From a bacterium (lineage in GTDB: Bacteria > JAGOBX01 > DAONJL01), in NCBI GenBank assembly GCA_035405645.1, contig DAONJL010000002.1:68701-132700 (forward strand): DNA of 64,000 nt. Direction: 5' to 3'. The position numbers and the translations under genes are program-made. Positions within the stretch are counted from its first letter, which is position 1. Each line of letters begins with the position of its first letter. Shown one piece after another: positions 54,155 to 63,913 of the stretch. The notes under the pieces were generated by a model, which was given only the letters and a program-made list of their open reading frames with translations, ran no database searches and was not told the origin of the DNA.

Positions 54155-56332
54155 TTATTTTTTTGTTTGAATAAATTTTTTAGAAATATTAAATATTTTT
54201 ATATATATAATTTTTATTCCACCATTTTTTTTAGTGAATAACAAATTATTTTCATTATAATTTTTATATAGTTCCTTTGCAGGTAAATCATATTTATTAT
54301 TTATAGATGATTGTGCAATTAAATATTTAGGTTTTAGTAATGAAATGATTTCTAAAGAATTAAATAAAAGTGAACCATTATTTATGAGTTTATAAAAATA
54401 AATTCCATTAAATTTTTTTGCTTGTATATACTCTTGTTGTAAATTAATTTGAATATCAGGAAAAGATAAAAAATCAAATAAATCGGTTTTTAAATAATTT
54501 AAAAATTTATTATTTATTTTTTTAAATTCTATTTTTGTTTCTACATTTGTTAATGATAATTCATTGGTAATAAAAATTGGTTCTTTTAAAAATTTTTTTA
54601 AAATTTCATTTGACTTTTCATCATTTGAAATAATTAAAATTTTTTTTATATTATTTTTCATAAAATGTTCATTTATAAAAATAGCGAAATTTTCAATATC
54701 AGAAATATTATTTATTATAAGAAAATCAGTTGTATAAAATTTAATAAAAAAAAATTCATTATCATTATTATCAGGAAAATTAATTGTAATTGTTGAAGAT
54801 TTAATAAAAATGCTAATAAAAAAGATAATGCAAAAAATAAGAAAAATTGCAGCATAAATTTTTATATATTTTTTTTGAAATTTAAAAATAAGTAAAATTA
54901 AGAAGTAATAAAATAAATAAAAAAGGAGATTAAAGGAAGGAATAGAGAATGTAAATATTTTAAAGCCTGCAAGAAAATAAGAAAATTTATAAATTAAATT
55001 TATTAAGAATTCAAGTAATATTCTGAAAAAAATAGTAAAAAAATCAGGTAAAGTAAATGATAATACATAAATAAGAGATAAAGGAATAATTAAACCCATT
55101 AAAGGAACAATAATTATATTAGCCCAGAGTGAATGTAATGATAAGAAGTTAAAATGATGAATAGTGATAGGAGCAGTAATAATTAAAATAAAAAAACTTA
55201 ATATGAAAGGAGAAATTAGATATTTGATAAAAAAATTTTTATTTAGAAATAAATTATAAATAGGCAAAAATAGATAAAAGATAGAGAAAACAGCAGCAAA
55301 ACTTAATTGAAAACCTGGATTAAAAATTTCATCTGATTTGAAAAAAATAATAATAATAAAAGCAACAGAGAGAATATTTAATGGAATAATTCTTCGTTGA
55401 ATAATAATAGCAAAAAGAATAAGAAGAGACATAAGAACAGCACGAAAAGCAGAAGCAGTCCAGTCAAGAATAAATAAATAAGAAAGTAAAATAATTGATA
55501 ATAAAATGAAAGATGTAATTTTATTTAATTTTAACTTTTTAAAAATGAAATAAAGAAATGTAGTAATAAAACCAATATGTAAGCCACTAATTGCAAGAAT
55601 ATGAGAAATACCAATTATTTTAAAATTTTCTATTATTGATTTATCAATAAATGATTTATCACCAAACAAAATTCCCAGAATAAAATTATCAATAATATTA
55701 TTTGAAAAATTTTTAAAAATATTTTTTTTTATTTTAAGCAGAAAAGGTAAATTATAATTTTTAACAATTTTAAAATTTGAGATATTATCAACAGAAAAAT
55801 AAATTTTATTTTGAATTAAATAATCAGAAAAATTAAAAAAATTAAAATTATTTGAAAATTTATGTTTATGAATTTCTCCATTTAAATTTATTCTATCAAA
55901 TAAATTTACATCAAATTGATTTGAAAAATTTTTGAACACAATTAATTTAAATTTATATGGTTGATTATTTATGATAATACTATCAATAATAAAATATTTT
56001 TTTTGAATTTTTGATATTGTTCCTTCAATAAAATTATCTTTTTTAAATGATAAATTTAAATATTCAAACTCATTTAATTTTTGCTTAAAAAAATTTATTG
56101 ATAATATTAAAAAAACAGAAATTAAAAAGAATATTTTTTTTAATTCAATTTTATTTACAACATGTAAAATTAAAACAGAAAAAATAAATAAAAGAATAGA
56201 GATAAATAAAGATGATTTTATCAGGAAAAATTTATCAGGAAAAAAAGGGGCAATATTATGAAAAGTTAGTATTAATATAATAAGAAAAATTGAAATTTTA
56301 AATGCTGGTAGTAAAAAAATTGACTTATTCAT
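54155..56332 (-). CDS. comEC: ComEC/Rec2-family DNA internalisation channel protein. No recognisable C-terminal metallo-beta-lactamase motifs.
   Basis: A DUF4131-like N-terminus, then the competence domain with the signature ISHILAISGLHIGFI, and multiple TM segments. The C-terminal ~230 aa lack the HxHxDH motif. Confidence 0.7.
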   Translation of the reverse strand: MNKSIFLLPAFKISIFLIILILTFHNIAPFFPDKFFLIKSSLFISILLFIFSVLILHVVNKIELKKIFFLISVFLILSINFFKQKLNEFEYLNLSFKKDNFIEGTISKIQKKYFIIDSIIINNQPYKFKLIVFKNFSNQFDVNLFDRINLNGEIHKHKFSNNFNFFNFSDYLIQNKIYFSVDNISNFKIVKNYNLPFLLKIKKNIFKNFSNNIIDNFILGILFGDKSFIDKSIIENFKIIGISHILAISGLHIGFITTFLYFIFKKLKLNKITSFILLSIILLSYLFILDWTASAFRAVLMSLLILFAIIIQRRIIPLNILSVAFIIIIFFKSDEIFNPGFQLSFAAVFSIFYLFLPIYNLFLNKNFFIKYLISPFILSFFILIITAPITIHHFNFLSLHSLWANIIIVPLMGLIIPLSLIYVLSFTLPDFFTIFFRILLEFLINLIYKFSYFLAGFKIFTFSIPSFNLLFYLFYYFLILLIFKFQKKYIKIYAAIFLIFCIIFFISIFIKSSTITINFPDNNDNEFFFIKFYTTDFLIINNISDIENFAIFINEHFMKNNIKKILIISNDEKSNEILKKFLKEPIFITNELSLTNVETKIEFKKINNKFLNYLKTDLFDFLSFPDIQINLQQEYIQAKKFNGIYFYKLINNGSLLFNSLEIISLLKPKYLIAQSSINNKYDLPAKELYKNYNENNLLFTKKNGGIKIIYIKIFNISKKFIQTKK

Positions 56333-56619
56333 TTTTTAAAAAAATCAGAACAATTATAAAATTTAATAATTTCTTTTTCTGGCGTTTTAAAAAAAATATT
56401 CTTTTTTGGTGAAAAATTTTTTTTTGCTTTATATTTCTTTTTTTCAAAAACGCCAAATTTTGGTATTATTATTTTTTTATTATTTTTTATTAGTTCGATT
56501 AAAGAATCAATGAAAATATCTGTCATTTCTTTTATTTCTTTTAATTTAAATTCAGGAAAAAAATTTCTTAATTCATTATAAAAATCAACTTTTTTTTTGG
56601 TCATAGCATTAATATTCAA
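56329..56619 (-). CDS. HU/IHF-family nucleoid-associated DNA-binding protein (divergent, Lys-rich).
   Basis: KKIIIPKFGVFEKKKYKAKKNFSPKKNIFFKTPEKEIIKFY fits the HU pattern V.L.GFG.F.V..R.AR.GRNP.TGE.I.I.A..V..FK. It is 96 aa, and the stop overlaps the comEC start. Confidence 0.5.
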   Translation of the reverse strand: MNINAMTKKKVDFYNELRNFFPEFKLKEIKEMTDIFIDSLIELIKNNKKIIIPKFGVFEKKKYKAKKNFSPKKNIFFKTPEKEIIKFYNCSDFFKK

Positions 56620-58909
56620 AAGTATAAATTTTTACAGCTGATTGATTACCTGCTTTATCAACTACAAAAAATTCTACAATATGTTCACCTTTTTTCCAGT
56701 GTGCTTCTGGAATGAAATAAAATTTATTAAATTCTTTTTCATATTTTACTAATTTCTTTTTATTATCTATTTTAAAATAAACATCTTCAATATTTATTCC
56801 GCTTCCTGAATCATTTACAATAATATAAACAGGTTCTAATGGATTATTTATTTTACCAAAAGGATGAAAAGAAATTATTTCTGGTTTAATATCATCTTTA
56901 ATTAAAGCAAAAATACCATTATATTTAATATAAGCACAAATCCAACGATTATCAATTTTATTATCAAGCCATTCCCATTTTTTTTTCAAGTTATTAAATT
57001 GATAAAGACCGACTTTTGTTAAATCTTCACCATCAAATAAATTTGTTCGAATTTGTAAATATTGTGGATTATTATAAAACATATTTGTAGGTTTAATTTG
57101 ATAAATTTCACTGGCAAACTTCAAACCATCCTGTAAGAAGAAATTATTTTTATTTAAGATTGTTATATTATAAAAAATAGTATCTTCAAAAATTTCATTT
57201 GGTTCAATAGTAAGAAATAATTTGTTATCAGAAGAAGATACAGTTCCACCAGATTTTTTTTGAATTTTTTTTATATCAAAATCATAAATAAATTTTTTAT
57301 TATTACCAATAAAATCTTCTAACAAAATTTCAGAAATATATTTACCATTATTAAAACTATCATAATTTATAAAATATGAAAAATATTTTGGTTTTGTCTG
57401 TATAAAATTATTTTTATTAATTAAATTATCTTTTTGAAATATTGAAATTTCAGGCGGATTTTTTAATAAGTTATTTGTTGATATTTCAAGTTTTACAAAA
57501 TTTGTATTTTCATATTTTGTTAAATCATATCTTAAATCTCTTAATTCATAATCTATAGCTTGATTTTTTAAAACATAGATAAGTTGAGAAGAAGGAGAAT
57601 TTGATTTACGACCATAAATATCTTCACAATTAACCATAAATAATATTTTATTAAAAGGATAATGAGTTAAATCATATTCATAAAAAAAAGAATTATTTTT
57701 AACAAAAGAAGAAGTAACTTTTTCAAAATTACCAATAACAAAATCTGAAGAAACATATATTGATACATTTTGTAAATTTACATTATTTTTAGAAAAAACA
57801 GAAATAGGAATTTTTGCAGTATATAATTTATCACTGATTGAAATACCAATTTCATTTTCAGGTAAATAATAAAAAGGTAAATTTACATAAGAAATATTTT
57901 TATTAAAATCAGAAACTTCAATTTTTAAATTATGATTACCATAAGAAAGATTAAATAAATTAAGGTAATTTTCAATATTGTAAGTAAAATTATTAAAATT
58001 TATTTTTGAATGAGAATTTGCAAAAAGATTATATACAAAATTATTATCTTCTGAATTAGATTTATCTAAATCATAGATAATACCTTGTTGATTACCAAAT
58101 TGATTAAAATTCAGTTTATCAAATAATATTGAAAAAATAATATCATTATTTAAATACAATTTTATTGAATAAATATTTAATTTTGTTGCAGAATTAACAA
58201 TATCATAGGCTTGAAGTTTTATTTTTATTTTTCCAAACATAAAAATATCTTTTGGATTAGTAAATACAAATTCGCCTTTTTTATAAGAATATGCAGATTG
58301 AATGCAGGAAATTTTTAATGGTTCTGATTTAGAATTAACAAAAGAGAAACAATCAGCAGGTTCAAGAAAAATATTTTCAATAACAGGAAAATCATTATCA
58401 GTAAAATTAATTAAAAGAAAAGGATTTATATTTTCATTGAATTGGTTTGAAATATCAAAATAAATTAAATATTGGTTATTTGATGATATTTTAGCAAAAC
58501 CAATAACTTCACTTTTATCAACAGTTAAAGAATTATCAGAAATAGTAAAATCAAAATAATCACGCAAAATATTACAGCCTTTTAATTTAAGAACAGAATT
58601 TATTTTTTCAGAAAAAGAAGCAAGATTATGATAAGCACTTATATGACCATCAAAATGTTTAATATAAACAGAGCCAGCATTTTTTTCTTTATCCATAATA
58701 ATTCTGGTAATATAACCAGAATTTATTGCACGAACAAGTTTATCCTGTTTATTATTTATAACAATACCTTTTTGAAAATAATCATTAGAAAATTGACCGA
58801 ACAAAGAAATAAAATCAGGCGAAAAATCAGTTGGTAATCTATAAGCAAATATAGAATTAAAAAATAAAAAAATAAAAATAACAAAAAAGTTTTTGATAAT
58901 TTTATTCAT
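56609..58909 (-). CDS. Large exported protein (766 aa) with an N-terminal degenerate LytM/M23-like domain.
   Basis: Signal peptide [22 protein letters not shown]. The GYITRIIMDKEKNAGSVYIKHFDGHISAYHNL segment matches the M23 core pattern G.V..I....G..V.I.H.dG..S.Y.HL. It lacks the HxH catalytic pair, as EnvC/NlpD-type activators do. The remaining ~600 aa are unassigned. Confidence 0.35.
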   Translation of the reverse strand: MNKIIKNFFVIFIFLFFNSIFAYRLPTDFSPDFISLFGQFSNDYFQKGIVINNKQDKLVRAINSGYITRIIMDKEKNAGSVYIKHFDGHISAYHNLASFSEKINSVLKLKGCNILRDYFDFTISDNSLTVDKSEVIGFAKISSNNQYLIYFDISNQFNENINPFLLINFTDNDFPVIENIFLEPADCFSFVNSKSEPLKISCIQSAYSYKKGEFVFTNPKDIFMFGKIKIKLQAYDIVNSATKLNIYSIKLYLNNDIIFSILFDKLNFNQFGNQQGIIYDLDKSNSEDNNFVYNLFANSHSKINFNNFTYNIENYLNLFNLSYGNHNLKIEVSDFNKNISYVNLPFYYLPENEIGISISDKLYTAKIPISVFSKNNVNLQNVSIYVSSDFVIGNFEKVTSSFVKNNSFFYEYDLTHYPFNKILFMVNCEDIYGRKSNSPSSQLIYVLKNQAIDYELRDLRYDLTKYENTNFVKLEISTNNLLKNPPEISIFQKDNLINKNNFIQTKPKYFSYFINYDSFNNGKYISEILLEDFIGNNKKFIYDFDIKKIQKKSGGTVSSSDNKLFLTIEPNEIFEDTIFYNITILNKNNFFLQDGLKFASEIYQIKPTNMFYNNPQYLQIRTNLFDGEDLTKVGLYQFNNLKKKWEWLDNKIDNRWICAYIKYNGIFALIKDDIKPEIISFHPFGKINNPLEPVYIIVNDSGSGINIEDVYFKIDNKKKLVKYEKEFNKFYFIPEAHWKKGEHIVEFFVVDKAGNQSAVKIYTFEY

Positions 58910-59276
58910 TATTAAGAGAATTTATAAAAGAAATAAGTTCAATTAAATTTAATGGTTTTTTAAAAAATTTTAATGGTTTAATTTTTTCGATAGAATTTTT
59001 TATTTTAATTTCTGGTTCGCCAGATATAATAATAATAGGCACATTATTAAGAAGATTATTTCGCATCAAAGCCTCATAAAAAGAAGCACCATTTAAAAAA
59101 GGTAAATTCAAATCAAGTAAAATAAGGTCTGGTTTAGATTTTATAAAATTAGATAAACCTTCAATACTATCAATTGCACCAATAACATTATAGTTATGAT
59201 TTTCCAGATTCCATTTGATTAATTCTGATTGGTCAATATCATCTTCAATAATTAAAATATTATTAATTCTTTTCAT
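58902..59276 (-). CDS. Single-domain response regulator receiver (CheY-like).
   Basis: [10 protein letters not shown] provides the acidic pocket. [13 protein letters not shown] carries the phospho-acceptor Asp, and a conserved Lys is near the C-terminus. There is no output domain. Confidence 0.8.
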   Translation of the reverse strand: MKRINNILIIEDDIDQSELIKWNLENHNYNVIGAIDSIEGLSNFIKSKPDLILLDLNLPFLNGASFYEALMRNNLLNNVPIIIISGEPEIKIKNSIEKIKPLKFFKKPLNLIELISFINSLNNE

Positions 59277-60562
59277 AAATCAATTTCAAGTTTTGAAGAT
59301 ATAATATTTTCAATTTCATTTATATTGTATCTTACTTGTTCCATTGTATCACGGTCGCGCAAAGTAACACTATTATCCTGTAAAGTTTGTGAATCAATAG
59401 TAATACAGAAAGGAGTGCCAATTTCATCCTGTCTTCTATATCTTCTACCAATAGAACCTTTATCATCATAAAAACATTTGAATTTTTTCATTAATTTTTT
59501 ATAAAGATTAAAAGCAATTTCAGGCATATTATCACGATTAACAAGAGGAAAAACAGCAACCTTAATAGGAGCAATAAAAGGTTTAAATTTTAAGACAACT
59601 CGTTCTTTTTCTTCTGTATAAGCATCGATTAAAGTAACGAGTAATGTTCTATCACAACCAGCAGATGTTTCAATAATATAAGGAATAAATTTTTCTTTTG
59701 TTTCATCATCAAAATATTGTAAATCTTTTTTTGAAAATTGCGAATGATTTTTTAAATCAAAGTCAGTGCGATTATGAATACCTTCTAATTCCTGCCAGCC
59801 GAAAGGAAATTCATATTGAATATCAAAAGCTTTTTTTGCATAATGAGCAAGTTCATTTTTTTGATGTTCATAAAATCTTAATTTATCTGGATTTATACCT
59901 AATTTGATATACCAATTCCATCTTTCTTGTTTCCAAAACTCAAAGTATTTTTCATCATCTTTTGGATTAATGAAAAATTGCATTTCCATTTGTTCAAATT
60001 CGCGTGTGCGAAAAATAAAATTACCAGGAGTTATTTCATTTCTAAATGCTTTACCAATTTGAGCAATACCGCAAGGAATTTTAAGCCGTGAAGAATTAAG
60101 AACATTTAAAAAATTAACATAAATACCTTGAGCAGTTTCGGGTCTTAAATAAATGATGGACGCTTCATCTTCAACAGGACCCATAAAAGTTTTAAACATA
60201 AGATTAAAATTTCGGGGTTGAGTTAATTCACCACCACAATCAGGGCATTTATTATCATTAACAGCATCAGCACGAAATCTGTGTTTACAATTTTTACAGT
60301 CAACAAGTGGGTCAGTGAATGCATTAACATGGCCAGAAGCATGCCATACGAGCGGGTGCATAAGAATAGAAGCATCAATCCCAACAATATTTGAGTAAGA
60401 GTAAGTCATTGTGCGCCACCAGAAATTTTTTATATTCAATTTTAATTCAATACCAACAGGACCATAATCCCAGCAACTATTAATACCGCCATAAATTTCA
60501 CTGCTTTGAAAAATAAAACCTCGTTTTTTACATAAACTTACAATTTTGTTCATTAAATCCAT
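59273..60562 (-). CDS. glyQS: Glycyl-tRNA synthetase, dimeric alpha2 (GlyQS) type.
   Basis: Class II motifs plus the N-terminal [25 protein letters not shown], which is the alpha2-type GlyRS signature. There is an inserted Cys4 knuckle CKNCKH...CPDCGG. Confidence 0.85.
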   Translation of the reverse strand: MDLMNKIVSLCKKRGFIFQSSEIYGGINSCWDYGPVGIELKLNIKNFWWRTMTYSYSNIVGIDASILMHPLVWHASGHVNAFTDPLVDCKNCKHRFRADAVNDNKCPDCGGELTQPRNFNLMFKTFMGPVEDEASIIYLRPETAQGIYVNFLNVLNSSRLKIPCGIAQIGKAFRNEITPGNFIFRTREFEQMEMQFFINPKDDEKYFEFWKQERWNWYIKLGINPDKLRFYEHQKNELAHYAKKAFDIQYEFPFGWQELEGIHNRTDFDLKNHSQFSKKDLQYFDDETKEKFIPYIIETSAGCDRTLLVTLIDAYTEEKERVVLKFKPFIAPIKVAVFPLVNRDNMPEIAFNLYKKLMKKFKCFYDDKGSIGRRYRRQDEIGTPFCITIDSQTLQDNSVTLRDRDTMEQVRYNINEIENIISSKLEIDL

Positions 60563-60585
60563 AAATCTCTTCCTTTTCTAAAAAA

Positions 60586-60813
60586 TTATTTTAATAATTC
60601 TTTATATAATTCTAATTTTTCTTTACCTCTTAATTCACCATCATCTTCTAATAATTCTTTATACATTCTATTAGTAGGATTTTTTTGTATTTTATCAACT
60701 TTACTTTCAAGATGTTTTGTAAAATTTTTTAAGAAGAAAAAAAAGCCAAAAAAGAGCAAACCAAGTAGAACAAATCTTGTTGGAAAACCAGATGAAGATT
60801 GATATTTATTCAT
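60586..60813 (-). CDS. Small membrane protein (75 aa).
   Basis: One hydrophobic helix (FVLLGLLFFGFFFFL). The start overlaps the stop of the upstream voltage-sensor gene. Confidence 0.3.
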   Translation of the reverse strand: MNKYQSSSGFPTRFVLLGLLFFGFFFFLKNFTKHLESKVDKIQKNPTNRMYKELLEDDGELRGKEKLELYKELLK

Positions 60814-61841
60814 TCTTTATCCTTTTGTTTTTTTATAAATTTTTCTATAAATAGATTTAATTTATGAGTAAAATTATTTAATATTGGTTCATCAAATTCA
60901 ATATCAATATTTTCTGCTTGATTTGTATCATAGATTCGTAAAATATGATTTTCAATATATTTAATTGGTTCAAAAATATTTTTATTAATAATAGTATTCA
61001 AAAAAACTAAAATAATAATTAAAAAAGGAATTGAGATTGCCATAATAGAAAGTTCAACCATATTTTGATAAAATTTTTTTTGTTTGTTTAAAAATAAAAT
61101 TTCATAAAATTTTGTTTTAAATAAATATTTATCATCATCGAAAAAATTTTTATCAATTTCATCTTTAGAGTAAATATAACGAGAATAATTAGTTTGATAA
61201 ATCAAATAATAACCAATATCAATATTTATATTATTATGATAATTTATAGTTATTCTTTTTTTAATTTCATTTTTAAATTTTTCAGGATTAAAATTTCCAT
61301 TTTCATCAAGAGAATTATATAAAAGATATGAATTATAATTTTGATAATTTTCATAAATAATTTTAAACAATTTTTCTTCAATATATTTAGAAATAAAAAT
61401 ACTAATGAAAATAAAAAAAATAATAATAATAACAGAAATAGAAGTAATTAATTTTTTATCTTCATTTTTAAATTGAAATTTATCAAGAATTTTTAAAAAA
61501 CGGAAAATACGGAGAATTCTTAAAATTCTAACAATGCGAACTAATTTACTAATTTTTAAATATTTAATACCACGCAAACTTTTTAAAATAGGTGAGATAA
61601 TATCACTGCAAGCAAGCAAGTCAATAATAAAATTCAAACTAAAAAGATAAGGTTTTTTAAAATGATATAATCTAATAATTAAATCAATAAAAAAAATAAA
61701 AGATACGATATGATTAACAATTTCAAAATCCTCTTCCTGTTTTGGAGTGATATGAGAATAAGAATAAAAGAAAATAATAATAGAAACAAAAATAAGAATA
61801 ATGATAAAATAATCCCAGATTTTAAATAGTTTTGATTTCAT
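60810..61841 (-). CDS. Membrane protein with a voltage-sensor domain (S1-S4) and no recognisable pore or selectivity filter.
   Basis: The S4-like KLVRIVRILRILRIFRFLKIL has a basic residue at every third position (5 Arg plus 1 Lys). Acidic and basic counter-charges sit in the preceding helices (S2 FIDLIIRLY, S3 IIDLLACSDII). Two more TM helices flank a ~110-aa loop that has no TVGYG or T-x-x-S/T-W filter. Confidence 0.5.
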   Translation of the reverse strand: MKSKLFKIWDYFIIILIFVSIIIFFYSYSHITPKQEEDFEIVNHIVSFIFFIDLIIRLYHFKKPYLFSLNFIIDLLACSDIISPILKSLRGIKYLKISKLVRIVRILRILRIFRFLKILDKFQFKNEDKKLITSISVIIIIFFIFISIFISKYIEEKLFKIIYENYQNYNSYLLYNSLDENGNFNPEKFKNEIKKRITINYHNNINIDIGYYLIYQTNYSRYIYSKDEIDKNFFDDDKYLFKTKFYEILFLNKQKKFYQNMVELSIMAISIPFLIIILVFLNTIINKNIFEPIKYIENHILRIYDTNQAENIDIEFDEPILNNFTHKLNLFIEKFIKKQKDKE

Positions 61842-61848
61842 AGATAAT

Positions 61849-63126
61849 TTATAACTTTAATTTATTTGCATAATTCAATAAAATTTCTTCATTAAATTTT
61901 TTCTGCGATAAAACATTAATCTTAAAAGTAGTTAAATTTTTAAGAGTCTGTTCATCAAATTTATTACTATAAATAATTTTTATCGGCACATCATTAACCT
62001 TATGTAATTTCTGATAAATTGTTCTTAAAGAATTTATTATAACAAAAAATGTTTTGTCAAGCAATAATAAATTATCTAAATTTAAAAAGATGATAGGTTT
62101 AATAGAAGATTTTTGAGAAATATTTATAATTTCCTGTTCTAAACCAGTTTTAGCAGAAATAAGATTAGATTCAGCAATAATTCCATTTAACTTTATAATA
62201 TTTATATTTTGTTCTTGATTAACTAATTCTATATCATAAGAAAAAGAAAATAAAGGAACATCTTTAAAATAATTTTCAAATTCTGGATAATATTTTTCTT
62301 GAATTAAAATAATTGGTTTAAAATATAATTTTTGACACAAAGTAAGAATAGATTCAAAAAGCATTAAAAAATATTTTATTTCATTATCTCTTAAATTATA
62401 TTTCAGAAAATCAAGATAAATAGTATCATTAAATGATAATTTACCATCTTTTATATCAGTTATTAAAGCATTTAGAAATAAATTTAAATGGTTATATATT
62501 TTCGAGTAAATACGATAAGAAAAAAAATTAAAAATAAAAATATAATCAAGTTTATTAATTAAATATTTCTTGCTATTATTAGAATCTTTTAATTTGTAAA
62601 TTTTAGCAGAAGAATAAGTTTTAGTTGAAATAACATTAAATTTATATAATTGAGAGTTTTTATAAAGAAGAAAAATTAAATCGTCAATCTTTGGAATAAT
62701 AGAACAAATTTCAAAATTCAATAATTCTTTAATAAAATTTTCTTTTAAATTATGAAAATCATCAAGAGAATTAATAGAATAAATTTGATAATCAAAAGTG
62801 TAAGTAGAACTAATGAATTTAATAAAATCTTTAATTTGTTGAAAGTTAAAAGTAGATTGTTTTGGGTCACAAAAAAAAGTGAATGGCGGATTAAGTTCTT
62901 GTAGTTTTACTTCAAGGTAATTCCAGTTTAAATCTTGATGAATAAAAACAGGATAAGAAGTTTTTGTATCAAATAATTTATCACAGAATAAATGTAATTC
63001 ATATTTTTTATTTAAAATTTTTTTAGAGTTTATTTCATTAAAAAAGGTAATGATTAATTTAGTTAACAAAGGAACAATTTGATAAGAACCAATAATAAAA
63101 ATAGGTATATTTTTTTCCATAATCAA
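61849..63126 (-). CDS. Hypothetical protein (425 aa).
   Basis: Long ORF coupled to its flanking genes (4-nt overlap upstream, 7-nt gap downstream). No confident motif. Confidence 0.3.
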   Translation of the reverse strand: MIMEKNIPIFIIGSYQIVPLLTKLIITFFNEINSKKILNKKYELHLFCDKLFDTKTSYPVFIHQDLNWNYLEVKLQELNPPFTFFCDPKQSTFNFQQIKDFIKFISSTYTFDYQIYSINSLDDFHNLKENFIKELLNFEICSIIPKIDDLIFLLYKNSQLYKFNVISTKTYSSAKIYKLKDSNNSKKYLINKLDYIFIFNFFSYRIYSKIYNHLNLFLNALITDIKDGKLSFNDTIYLDFLKYNLRDNEIKYFLMLFESILTLCQKLYFKPIILIQEKYYPEFENYFKDVPLFSFSYDIELVNQEQNINIIKLNGIIAESNLISAKTGLEQEIINISQKSSIKPIIFLNLDNLLLLDKTFFVIINSLRTIYQKLHKVNDVPIKIIYSNKFDEQTLKNLTTFKINVLSQKKFNEEILLNYANKLKL

Positions 63127-63548
63127 AAAATAGTTAGGATTTTTTCCTTTTTAAAAGAATGTTTTAATCTATACAAAAAAAGATAACTTTGAAATTTTAC
63201 AGGATTAAAAATAAGGTCTAAAATAATATGGAATAAAAAACCTGATAAAAGAGCATAAATAAAATTATAATTCCATAAAAAATAATTCAATAAAAATAAA
63301 ATAAGAAATAATTCATAAGAATGAAAAATGATAGTTGCTTTTTTTTCTTTAAAATTAAGAAATAAATTTTCCATTTTTTTTAGAGTGATAAAATAATCAT
63401 TAGTTTCTCGGACATAATCAAGACAATGGTCAATATCAATAAAAGTTCCACCAATTAAAAAGGCGAGTGAGAAATGTAAATCTTTCTTAATAAAGAAAAT
63501 AACAATTGAAAAAACAGAAGATAAAAAAAAATGTTTTTTAAAAGTCAT
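63123..63548 (-). CDS. DUF457/YdjM-like membrane-bound metal-dependent hydrolase family protein.
   Basis: FLIGGTFIDIDH and FHIILDL flank TM helices. The pattern resembles YdjM. This is a weak match. Confidence 0.35.
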   Translation of the reverse strand: MTFKKHFFLSSVFSIVIFFIKKDLHFSLAFLIGGTFIDIDHCLDYVRETNDYFITLKKMENLFLNFKEKKATIIFHSYELFLILFLLNYFLWNYNFIYALLSGFLFHIILDLIFNPVKFQSYLFLYRLKHSFKKEKILTIF

Positions 63549-63550
63549 AA

Positions 63551-63913
63551 TTATTTAGTCTCAAAAATATTTTCATAAAAATAAAGATTATCATTAACAA
63601 TAAGGGCTAAATCAAATTGAAAAATATTTGTTTTAATATCATAATTATAAAAATCTATAAAATAATGAGCTGTTTTTTTTAATGAATTAATTTTATGTTT
63701 TGGTAAAATTAAATTCAAATCATCAGGAACATAATCTCTTTTTTTAACTTCAATAAAATGAATAACATTATTTTTTTGAGCAATAATATCAATTTCTCCA
63801 AATTTCCAGGAAAAATTTTTTTGTAAAATAATGAAATTATTATTTTGAAAAAAATCACCCACACATTTTTCAGCCAATAAACCAATTATTTGATTTTTAG
63901 ATTTCATCAACAA
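63551..63913 (-). CDS. yraN: YraN/UPF0102-family endonuclease-like protein.
   Basis: GEIDIIAQKNNVIHFIEVKKR matches the UPF0102 core GE(I/L)D(L/I)IA...(F/V)VEVK.R, which has a restriction-endonuclease-like fold. Confidence 0.65.
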   Translation of the reverse strand: MLMKSKNQIIGLLAEKCVGDFFQNNNFIILQKNFSWKFGEIDIIAQKNNVIHFIEVKKRDYVPDDLNLILPKHKINSLKKTAHYFIDFYNYDIKTNIFQFDLALIVNDNLYFYENIFETK

